Origin: Ylistrum balloti
Taxonomy: Eukaryota
NCBI RefSeq assembly: GCF_031769215.1
Contig: NW_026782782.1
Location: 124,001 to 188,000, forward strand
Direction of reading: 5' to 3'
DNA: 64,000 nucleotides
Below the pieces are notes generated by a model. It had not been told where the DNA came from and made no database searches. It saw only the letters and a program-made list of their open reading frames with translations. The position numbers and the translations under genes are program-made. Positions 25,301-37,300 of the stretch are shown here, piece after piece (the stretch's first letter is position 1; every line of letters starts with the position of its first letter).

Positions 25301-28300
25301 ATTTCATTCAATATATAAATTTTTGGCCAAACAGCATGTTTACACATACAAGGTACAATATATGTGTGAAATACAAGATTCTTAGCAAAGGAAGTGAAAA
25401 ATTAAGTAAGAAATTAATCCTTAACTTATTTGACTCAACAATAAATTTATCTAGTTGACATAATTCTTTTGTATTTTCAAATATAGAGTTGATTGACCTC
25501 ACCAAAAATCACCAAATCCTAAACCAAATAATAGATTGTTTACATATTGCATCCATTTAAAACTGGTTCCTGTTCTCTTTTTCAGTGGAAAATGATATCC
25601 ACTATTCAAAATACAGTTTTCAAAATCAACTTATTTTGACCAAGTTTCCAAGAATTAAATTTACAGTGTACATAACATGTACTTTTCTTTTTCTTTATGT
25701 AGTCTCTTACAGAAATTTAAATATCTATCTTTTGCATCCAGGACCTCCATGATTCACATGCATAACACAATATGCTGCTCTCATATGTATCATATATATG
25801 TAACATTGTTAGTTCATCAAGCCTGAGCAAAGCCAGACAAAGTTTGTGAAAAGAAATGACCATGACCTTTATTCAAGGTCACAGGGGTCAAATTTGTTAA
25901 AAACGTGAAACAACTTCTCATGAACGAATAGGCTTAGAGACATGATATTTGCCTAAGCCCTGAGGTGAGCCCTACAGGTCCATTAGGCCTCTTGTTTAAC
26001 CTTAGGTTTGCATATTTTGAAAGTAAAGCGAACATTGCTTCTGGATACTGTTGAATGCATTGTTATACTTTATAAACCCTGATATATGTCGATTGATCAC
26101 CACTGATTTGCCATATTTCATCCATATTTTCCCATCCTTGGGAAATTTTGTCTTATCAATATCTACTATGAATTTCCATTGTTCATCATAGCTAGCCAAA
26201 TAATCTAACAACTCTTTTTAACCTTCCACTGTTTCCGAGAATAACACTAGGTCATCTGCATATAGCATTAAGATTAGATACAACTTTAAATGAAAAGTGC
26301 TTAAAAAACATCTACATACATTTAAAAAAGTATCAAGAGATAAAATTAACAACTGTCATCAACATCAACATGGATAAAATCTGAAAAAAGCACCATTAAA
26401 TCTTAGAGAAGATGATATGTTTTTATATACTGTCTTTATAATTCACAAAATTTGCATCTAATATCTAATTTAGACAATTTATACCATAAATAAATTAACC
26501 CGATCAAATGCATTTCTAAAATCAACAAAAAAGGAATAAAGTCATATATTTCACATAATGACATTGAAATAATTGAATAGCATCTAGAATGCTATGTATT
26601 GCCAGGAGGAAAACCAAAATGGGATCACTGATAATATCACCTGACTCTGATATATATATCAATATTGTGATCAATATAGATGTAAACAATTTACCCAGAC
26701 AACTACGTAAATACCTTGGACATTATTGGGTTCAGTTTTATTTTTTTTTGTTATTACTGCAACAGACCATTTTGAAGGAAAACAGTCAGAGTCTAAAATT
26801 CAATTAAATGATATACATAATGTTGGTAGTAATATAGCCTTGCCAACTCTAAGATAGTCATTCAGTATCAGAGATAGGGATAGAGTCATCAATCTTGGTA
26901 CATGTAGTGTTAACTTTTCTATTTAACTCATCTTATACCTTGATCAGTACTCATGTGTAGGTGGTCGGGTGGTGCAGTGGTAATGCACTCCTTTCACCTA
27001 GTCGACCGAGGTTCAATTCCCGGAGCGGGTTTCCCGGGGGTACTCTGGTTTCCTCCCACAATAAGACCCTTGCGAGCATTACATCCTGCCCAACAAGAGT
27101 GATTAGAATAAGTTGGCATAACTTGTTTCGCAATTGTTGTAAAATAAATAAAGTTTATATATACTCATATTTAACTTAATGAAAAAGTTTCTTAGCTTGG
27201 AGCAATTCATTTGTGAATTTAGAAACATGCTCATAGTTATCTTTACTATACTGGTTGACATTGTCAGGTAATACTTCTGACTCATTAAAGGTATCATGAT
27301 TAGTGGAGAGAGTACCAGTATCCAAAAAATCTTCATTACATCATCATGCCAGTGATATTTTGTCTGCACAGTATGTGAACAATTGGACACTGTCGTGTAT
27401 AGTACAATTTTTCACTTAATAACATATACTCAACAAAAAAAGAAAAGTTAACATGTTTCCTTGGCGAATACCTGTAAATGAGTGAAAACAAAATGGCGTT
27501 TGTGCAATATTAGAAAATGGTAATGTTTTACATTACAAAATCCAAGGGGGTTTCCAAAATCATTCAAGCGTGAAAGTCTGCGACTAACTTGTATCTTTGC
27601 TTGAATTTCATAAACATTCAAACTGACAACTGTTCCTTAGATCCTTAGGACATAGAAATCACTGAATCTTGCTATCTATCAACTTTATTATTTTGCCCCA
27701 GCTGTCACAAGTACAGAGAGAAAGGGCTGTAGGCATGATCCAGACTGGGGAGTCTTGCCGTCGAGTTGCAAGACATTTTGGTTGCAGTGTTAAGACAGTT
27801 TGCCAGTTGGTAAGTCGTTTAAACCAAACTGGGTCAACATCTGTTCGTCCCCGAAGTGGCTGACCAAGTAAAACGACCGCCAGGGATGACAGTCGTATAC
27901 GATTGATACACTTGCGCAATCGATTCGTAACCGCAGTAGAGACTACAAGGACATTGTTTGGGCATCGTGTGTCTCCCTAAACAGTCCACAACAGGTTGAG
28001 GGCCTACCAAGCACGGCGTCCCTACACTGGACCCAATTTGTTGCGACGTCACCGTAATAATCGGCGTAACTGGACCCATGTTCACCGTTGTTGGGCCTTA
28101 CGACAATGGAACAAGATTCTGTTTTCAGATGAGTCCAGGTTTTTTCTGCAACACAGTGATAGAAGGTTCATAGTGTGGAGGCGACGATGGGAGCGTTTTG
28201 CGAACTGCTGCGTCGCAGAACGGGACCGCTTTGGTGGCAGAAGTGTAATGGGGTAGTATTTGTGGGGGGACTCATACCAGGCTTGTTTTGTTAAATGGCA

Positions 28301-31300
28301 ATTTGACCGGCATTCGATATCAGGACGAAATTTTAAGAACAGTGGTTCTACCATTCTTAAGATGCCATGGCGTTGGCGCCATTTTTCAACAGGATAACGC
28401 ACCAGCGCACACCAGTCGCGTCAGCAGAACATTCTTGCAGCAGAATAACGTAGATTGGCCATCTAAATCACCTGATCTGTCACCGATTGAGCATATCTGG
28501 AATGTTCTTGGGCGACACGTGAGAGAACATCAAAATCAGCAGGCAAACTTGCAGGAGCTGGCCCAAGCTTTGATTGCTGAATGGAACAACATATCTCCTC
28601 GAATTATCCGCTGCAGTTCTGTTTACTTCGCAAACGGTGGCCATTCCTGTTGCTAATGGTGTTACCTTTGAAATTGACCCCAACGTCCAGCCGAATAAAA
28701 TCAACTGAACAAAGTTTTATAATGAATCATGACTGCAGTTTTATCAGAATTGATCAGTTACTTTATTCGTACATGATTGGTAAGCGTTTATGAAGGGGTT
28801 AATTAATTAATCACAGAATAAAGTAGTGTTACCTTTCTTTTTTTGTTTAGTATATATTGCTGGTACAACTATTGAAATCACACATTAACATAGTATCATT
28901 TTTACTGGTATGTTGTCTTACACTTTCTTCTAATTAATACTTCAATTTGTAGCAGAACAAAAGTTTCACGGATAACTTCAGTAACAGAAATGAGGTTCAA
29001 GTCTATCTACTCCTTGAGAATGAATGTTGTGTCTATGTGGAAATACGAAGTATAACCTTTTACTTCCATTTCATAATTATTTGTAATCCAAATATTTGTT
29101 TTTGAGTAAATTTGAGAAAAATATTACATTTCTGTTATTTTTGCAATACACCACTAATGTTCCATAAAGTACAATCAATATATGTGAAACACTCTCATTC
29201 TTAACTGTCATAGTGATTGTTGGATTGATGAATTTAAGGAATTGTTTCTGCATCCTTTGTCTCCTAACGTGGCCGTTAGCAGGTATGGTACTGGACCTGT
29301 GTATAATGTTCAATATGTAATTTATCTATGGTCAAACACACATTTTCTTTTCTTCCCTGGCCTTCTGACACACTGGCCAGTTTTCTATGTGTCTCTTGAA
29401 TTTACCTTCAGAGATTGGTAAGATATGTAAGTTTTACTAGAATTAGCCTTTATACATTCCTTCTGTCAATATTGACTGAATTCTACAACAGTGGATGTGG
29501 TCTTACCCTCTTTCTTCTCCCCCGTCCAATGTACTAGGTCAATTACAATATCTCTCCTTAGGATAATTATAGTTATTTGCAGTGAATCCATGACAGTCTC
29601 AGTCGTCTCTGATATCTTATCGACCTCTTGGCTGTTTATATGATAAATGCATAATGCAGAAATGAAAACACTGAGAAAACAAACAGAAAATATGAAATGA
29701 CATGTATATTTATATTTCAAAATTTAATATACCACTAAGACAATGAAAAACTACACTAGTAACACAACATTATATTACAAGGTACGAGAATTTAGACACA
29801 AAAACATACAATGACAATGTATAACAACAAGATATGATAACAATATAACATTATGACACAGTGGCAAACATTAACAATGACAACAAATCAGCACAACATG
29901 GTAACACAAACATTACAAATTTACACATCATAAAAACAAAAATAAAAGGATAATATACCAACAAAGCACTAGGACACAGAAACACAGGTGTACATTAATG
30001 TCAACAACAAGCACTAAGTTAACCATGAAATTCATATTAGGTATCCTACAGATATAAACAAAGCACTTAACTATACTATAATATTTCATTTACCTAAACA
30101 GTAAACTTACAACAAAGTTTTGGCATCACACACCCCTCCAGAGAACACTGTAGTTAGTTGTAGACATCCTGGCTAGTTCATCTGTTTCCACATTCCGTCC
30201 TGCTGTGACTGGAATCTCCAAGTCCATCTCTCCTCCCAGGGATGAGAGGATAAGGGCAGATAACTCTTGAACTTGGTGTTGCTTGGTGGATCGGTACTGG
30301 TCAAACATCTTGCGCACACCCTGGATGATGGACTTGCGGGTCAGTAGGTGGAGGACAAGACTGTGGGCATCGTCCAGTGTAGATAAAAAGAGTTGGCGGT
30401 CAAGGCGGAGCATCTGGTCATCTGGAATAAAGAGGGAGTTTATATGAAAATTTTCATTGACATGATATTCTATAAAAATACTTGTAAGTTGTATTCTTAA
30501 TAAAAGCCATTCAGAAAAATATTAGATTATATATTACTTATTTTATGTTTTTTTATCATCATGTGTTTTTCATGTGATTATTTTATTCCAAATTGTTTCT
30601 TGTGTACATTCATTTTTTTATATACAAAAATCATTTACTTTTATCACAATGTCATGATATACAGTGTAAATGTATACAGGGAGAATAACATTTTGCCAGA
30701 TTTTGTACATGAACATGGAATCTGTTGTCAGTAAATACACATTACCTTCATAATTTTTTATTGAGTCCTTGAAACAATTTCATTCAATCCTCATATATTT
30801 CATGTATCTGCATGTCTCTGAAGGAAAAAAATCATTTATTGGCTTTTGACTTTAAAAAAGAATGTATCTGCAAAATAATATTAAACATATTAAAAATCTA
30901 ATTTGATTGTTATGTTTGATCCTATTAATAGAAGAAATAGACAAAATAATTGATATTTAAAGTTTAAACCTGATAACATTTATACTTATGATAATTACCT
31001 AAGAAGCTGACTTGCTTGGCAGCCTTGTCATGGGCTAGCAGAAGGCTTTGGAGTTTCTGTGCATAGCAGACAAGGTCAGAAGTGGTCATCTCAGCCATGG
31101 TTCAGTGTAGAGATAAACTGTTGATCAAGCAGTGCCAAGAGATGCTCAGGCAATAGTGGTTTCAATTGGTAAAAAAAATATATTATATAGACTCTGCTTG
31201 CTTCTGATTGGTTAATTCAGTTTATGAGTTTGATTGGTTGTTTGAAATGGACTCCACCTACATTTAGATCAAAAAGTTATAATCATTTTTAATTACACTT

Positions 31301-34300
31301 CAAAGAAAAGTACAGTTAACTGTGAGAATAATGTTCACTCCTGATTAGGTCAAAGGACTCTTAACCAGGTATGGCTTGGTGTTACTGTACAGGTAATTAG
31401 ATGAGAGGTGGTAATGGAGGTAAGGTCAAAGGACTCTTAACCGGGTATGGCTTGGTGTTACTGTACAGGTAGTTAGATGAGAAGTGGTTATGAAGGTAAG
31501 ATCAATGGTCTTTTGTCCAGGTATGGCTTGGTGTTACTGTGCAGGTAATTAGATGAGAGGTGGTAATGAAGGTAAGATCAATGGTCTTTAGTCCAAGTAT
31601 GGCTTGGTGTTACTGTACTGGTAATTAGATGAGAGGTGGTAATGAAGGTAAGATCAATGGTCTTTAGTCCAGGTATGGCTTGGTGTTACTGTACAGGTAT
31701 TTAGATGAGAGGTGGTAATGGAGGTACGGTCAAAGGTCTCTTGTCCAGGTATGGCTTGGTGTTACTGTACAGGTAAGTAGATGAGAGGTGGTTATGAAGT
31801 ACTGTACAGTAGAATACGTACTGAAGGTAGCTTTGACAAGGAATGGCTTGGCGTTACTGTTAATGCACCTTCTGATTTCACAACAAGAAATCTTTAATGA
31901 TATTCACTGGACAATAAATAGTAAGGATTTTTTTAACATATAAAGGAAAGTCAATATACATGTAATCAGAGAAATTATCAGACTATTTCATAATATGAGT
32001 TCTTTTACTCAAGAAAATGGAAACTTCCAGTTATCTTGTCTGATTTACAAGGTATTAAGTTATTTTCTAGAAATACAGTAAAATGGATATAAGTTTATGT
32101 ACCTCCTTCAGCACCAGCACCCACATTGTTCCCTGCATAATGATGGTCCTGTTTAACTTGCTGGAACTACCATACTAGTAAGCTTTGACTCTATGATATC
32201 TTGTTTGCTGAGCTTATTGTCATGTGAGTAAACATATCAGAGATATATCCCCTGATATCTAGGTGTTGTTGTGTTTTGGCTGGGTACATGGTAAATCCAT
32301 TTTGGAATTAGGGCTAGTTTTCATGCAACTGTAGTTTATAATATTTTTGATCGAAATGGGGGACTGATCATGATTGTATAGCACAATTACCCTATTGCTC
32401 TTAAAATTCATTGTATTGTTTTGTAGTATCTGTTTACTGATATTCAGCTAGTAAACAGATTGTAGGGGAGGAGGCTGTATCCGGACTGTCCCTTTATGGT
32501 ATGGACCTCATCTGTTAATCAAACTAATTCTATAACAACTTCATTCTGAGAAAATCCTATTGAAAGGGAACCTAACAATTTACCCTTATGAAAAATCTAG
32601 CCTGTATATTGGGGGACCATTCCCACTTTAATCTACAGTCTTGTAAATTCACAGTAGATTGACCTGTGTGTTCACTGAAACTTTGAAACAGGATATTTAT
32701 AAAATTCACCTCAAATTAATATATTGTTATTTAGTGGGATGGCGACTTTTGGCTTGACTTTGAAAGAGCAATACATCACACCTCTCTGTCCCACCTAAGA
32801 TTCTAATAACTTAAAAAAACAGCCAACTACAATACATATATCGACAGTGTAGGATATTGATACTTTTGTGTTAAAAAGTTTTGATACTTTTAACATCCAG
32901 GAACTGAAATATTTTTTCCTGTGAAGTTATTAAAAGTTTTGGTATAGAAACTTTTCAATTTAACTTTCTACATGATTACACCAGATAACAAGAGAGGCCT
33001 ATATAAATCTTCTCCATAAATCTTCTCCATGGTGGTGATCAAGTCAAAAACTTGCACACCCCTTCTCACAACATTCAACTATACACCATACTATCATTAC
33101 GCAACCACACAAATACACAGTCTTAAGTACTAGCAACTATCAATATAATTCATAAATAAATTCAACTTTTCTGAAAGTATAAATAATATGAAATTAAAAA
33201 ATTAATTTAATCTATTAGGAAAGAGTTTGATTTGCATATGAAATTTATCATATTCCAAAATATAAGATGGTGTTGTTTGTGAAATATGATATTATTGACA
33301 CCCCCATTTTGTTGAATATAAAGTTTAGGATGTAGTGGTATAGTTTAAGTCTTGTATAGGTGGTGATTCTTTTCTTTCCAAACTAAGTCATTACAGACTA
33401 TATCTATGTGGCTGGGTATCCAGACAAAGCATACAATATATATCCACTATTCATAAGTTCGGTATCAAGCTTTTTCGTACTTAATACAGTTGAATTTTGG
33501 ATTTTATACACTGGTGAGGTGAAAGCCGAAAAGGAAGACAATTAAACTACAAAAATTCAGCAGTTTCTCCATTGTTTTAACCTGGTTTGTCCTTTACATC
33601 TGTTTGGTCACCTACCTAGGTACCTTTGCATTACAGCTTTGGGTGACCTATACATCATTCAACTATCATTTTTGTCTTGAAATTTTAAAACCGAGGTTGA
33701 ATACCATTTCTGTATAAGTGTTAGGTGGCATGAAATGGCAGTACACAAAGCTTTAACATTGTTATGTGCTCTAGATACAATACAACACTGTCATCTGCAA
33801 ATTGAGTAGTATTAGTCTGTTGTGGTTAAAGTTGGTGACACCACACTCCTCAGTCAGGGTGGGTAGAGGAGGAGGAGTGGTTCCTTTTCAACAATATAAA
33901 TATTTGAAAAATACTTCCTGTTGAATCTGCCTAATATCTATTTCTTAAAATTATTTTTATGTATGAATTCATATTTCCATGAACAGTAATACCTCTTAGT
34001 TTATACACAAATCCCTCCTTTCATAACAAGTTGAAGGCTTTTTTTCAAAGTCTGTAAAAACAACCATTAAACTCTCTTTCTTTGATATGGCATTTTTAAT
34101 CTCACTCTTTAATTTCATCAGCTGATCTATCATACTGCATGCCTTTTAATACCATAATTTTCCCAAGTATATGTCATTATTTACTGTTGAACAATATTTC
34201 TGACAGTATGTTCAATTGGCATGGGATATTATTCTTTTACACACCGTTTTTTTTTTTTTAAACTGGTATTCAACTTCAAATTCTTTGTTTGTATATGATG

Positions 34301-37300
34301 ATGTGGGCGAACATATAACGGCCAGTTTCTCTGAGTTGGTTCCATGTTATGGTTTAAGTGTGGTGGGAGGGTGATCGGAAAAAGAAGGCTTATTGAAAAT
34401 ATATTTATGAAAGAATAAAAAATTTAATGAGGTATATAGCAGATAAAAATTCACCACTTTACTTGTCTCAAAATTGTGAGTTATTGGGTATATTTATGGA
34501 TTGTTGTTTGTGCCCCGGATCTAACAAATCTATCACATTATTCCATCTCTCTCTTGATAACTGTCAAATGAACATTGAATTACCCGAGATGATGGTGGGA
34601 ATCTTAGGGTAGTGAATTGAGTGATAGAGATTTTATTTAAAATGCAAGACAGAGGTCGAAGGTAATCATATCTACTTTATAAGATAATTAAATAATCTAT
34701 TTCTTATTTAACAGATCCTGGGTCCTACTTGATACCAACTATAATATCTATCTATTTCGGGAGGGTGTACTAAGGACAGCTTCAGAAAGCTACAAAGCAG
34801 ACGACCTTGATGCAACCTTAGGACATCTGACCAACCACTGTCTACAACTTGAGTTATCACCAAACTTTGGGGCATATGAGGAAGGAAATGAGATGTTTTA
34901 CGACCAATTTAACAGGTACGTTTTATTAACTTTAGGGAAGGGGTTTTATTGTTTCAGTGAAAAATGGGAGAAATGTGAATAAAAATGTCCTTCAAAAGTT
35001 AAGATATTATAATAAGATGTCAGCCATCATAAAATTTGATTATCATCAGATGATTGGCTGATCAAGTCACCCAACATCTGTTGTCCATCCATGATCAATT
35101 TTTGATAAAACTTTATCTTGAGAAGATACAGGATGGATCTTTCTTAGATCTCATATAAAGTTTCCCTTGGTCCCCAGTTGTGCACTCTAGATTTTGGGAT
35201 TGATTAGAAAAACAAAATGGCTGAGAACAGGTGGCCATCTTGGATTTTGACAATGAAAGTTTGTTATTGCTTTTCCTCCAGATTCTCTTAAATTCGTTAA
35301 TTTAAGGAAGATAATGGTCCCTTGTGTGTTTTTATTTTTCAACTATTTTATCTTGTCTAGAGTTCCTTCAACCAATTTCTTTTAAACTTTGAATAATTTC
35401 TATAATTAAGACATGAACAGGTACTTATTCACCAGAATGATAATCAGTTATTGCTTTATTTCCATATTTCTGTTCCTTTGGATACATTAGCTATTTTTCT
35501 TTGGCAGAAAAAAGGATGTTCACGTCTTTCAAAATGATTTGACATTATCTGATCAAAAAAATCTTTCTCTTTCTAATTCAAAAATAAGCTATCATATTGG
35601 ATAGATGTGTGATACCCCTCGCCCCCATGCCATCAGACAAAATATGGAGCTTGTGAAAATCCTCATAAGTGTTAATATTACTCATTTATGTATATACAGT
35701 TATGTAACTCATCTAAGTTTGTTTCTATTTCAGATATTTGTGGAAAAAGTCTTCTGTAACCATGGAAGCAGTGATTATACCACAGATAAAAGAAATAATT
35801 AAAACCTGTCTGTCCATAGTAAAAGAGGTTGGTATATTCACGCCCCAGTGATTTTATGAGACTCAGATATTTGAGTCATTGACTCATGATTTTCCTTTGA
35901 TATGCCCTCAAATTTTGAAAACCCACTCTATCTCTAAGTAATGGGACTGATCAGAATTTTAGACATGTTGCGGTGGACCCACTTAAAAGATTCCTACAAT
36001 AATTACTGTACCCATGGAAACACTTCAGTAGCCTTTAAAACCATGACATTGAATTGTGTTTCCTGGAGATGTTTTGGATTCAACAACTTTGTTTAATCAG
36101 CAGCTTTTATCTTGTTTTTAAGCAGTTTCCATCAAACTTCATACCTTTAATAACTATGATAAATGAGATATTTTTCCTGAGATATCTTCACTCAGATTCT
36201 AGGCATCACTTTTCATTTCAAAAATATTTTAATGTTAATGCATACATTTAACACACACATATAACATTACAAACAAATGCAATAACAATTGGGATCAAAC
36301 AACAGGCTAAGCCTATACAAGTTTTTTCCCACAAGATAGCCGGTATTATAATATGTTTTATAATATGGATTGATTAAAGTAGGTAATAGTTTTGAGGTAT
36401 AATAATCACATGTATTAAGGAAGAGAAGAAGAAAAGTACTCACACACAAGGCATCACTTTTAACCTTGGGATGCTTATGACCATGACACGAAGTTTTGGG
36501 CTCTTGAATGACATTTCAATTTGAAATTTTTGTAAAAGTATTTGCCCTTTTGTTTGTTTTAGCTTTGTCATATTTTTTTTTTTTCTTGTCAATTGAATTA
36601 CATTGACTTTATTGACATGGCATGATATTGTGTTTTCTTAGTGGTGATTCAATTAACAGTAGTTTGATACAATAATGTATTTTACTCTGTCATTGTTTTG
36701 CCCTGTATTAGTCTTATTATTGAATTGCGATAATTTTTACACCCTACTTGAGCATTGTACACCAGGCTGAGTTGGCCTGGTGTTACTTATGACCTCTGAC
36801 CTTCGGAAAAGATGTAGCAACATTCTATGGTGAATTCTCTATTACCTTTGACCTTACAGTGTACATATGTATATCTGTAACCTATGATCTTACAGCGTAT
36901 ATGTACAAGTTGTCTTGGATACCAGAGTTTCCAGCTATTTGGCTTTGACTTTATGTTGGATGATGACTTGAAGATCTGGTTACTGGAGATCAATGGAGCA
37001 CCTGCTTGTGCACAGTAAGTAGCAACTACATAGGGGAAATAACTCTAGTATTCCTCAGAAATATATTGACAACCCTTACATCCTTACAAAATATTTTGAC
37101 AGACTTGTCTATTCATTAGAAAGTTTAGGGTACATATAGATATCTTATTATTGTTGTTCTTTCATAACTCCAATATACAGTGACGATTTTACAGTTGTAT
37201 AACATACATTTCAGTATCGTAACCAGATTTCAGTGAGATGATGGTAAATATTATAAAAAAGTCACAAGACAAAACAAATTAAAAGAATTGCTATTTCACT

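Noticed and set aside
27669-28656. Active Tc1 transposase
   Set aside because: No ATG at the expected start, an internal TGA and two frameshifts.
19668-31798. 76-bp arrays as CRISPR-like repeat-spacer arrays (conserved ~50 nt plus variable ~26 nt)
   Set aside because: The variable parts are homologous to one another rather than unique spacers, there are no cas-like genes, and the context is a eukaryotic intron.
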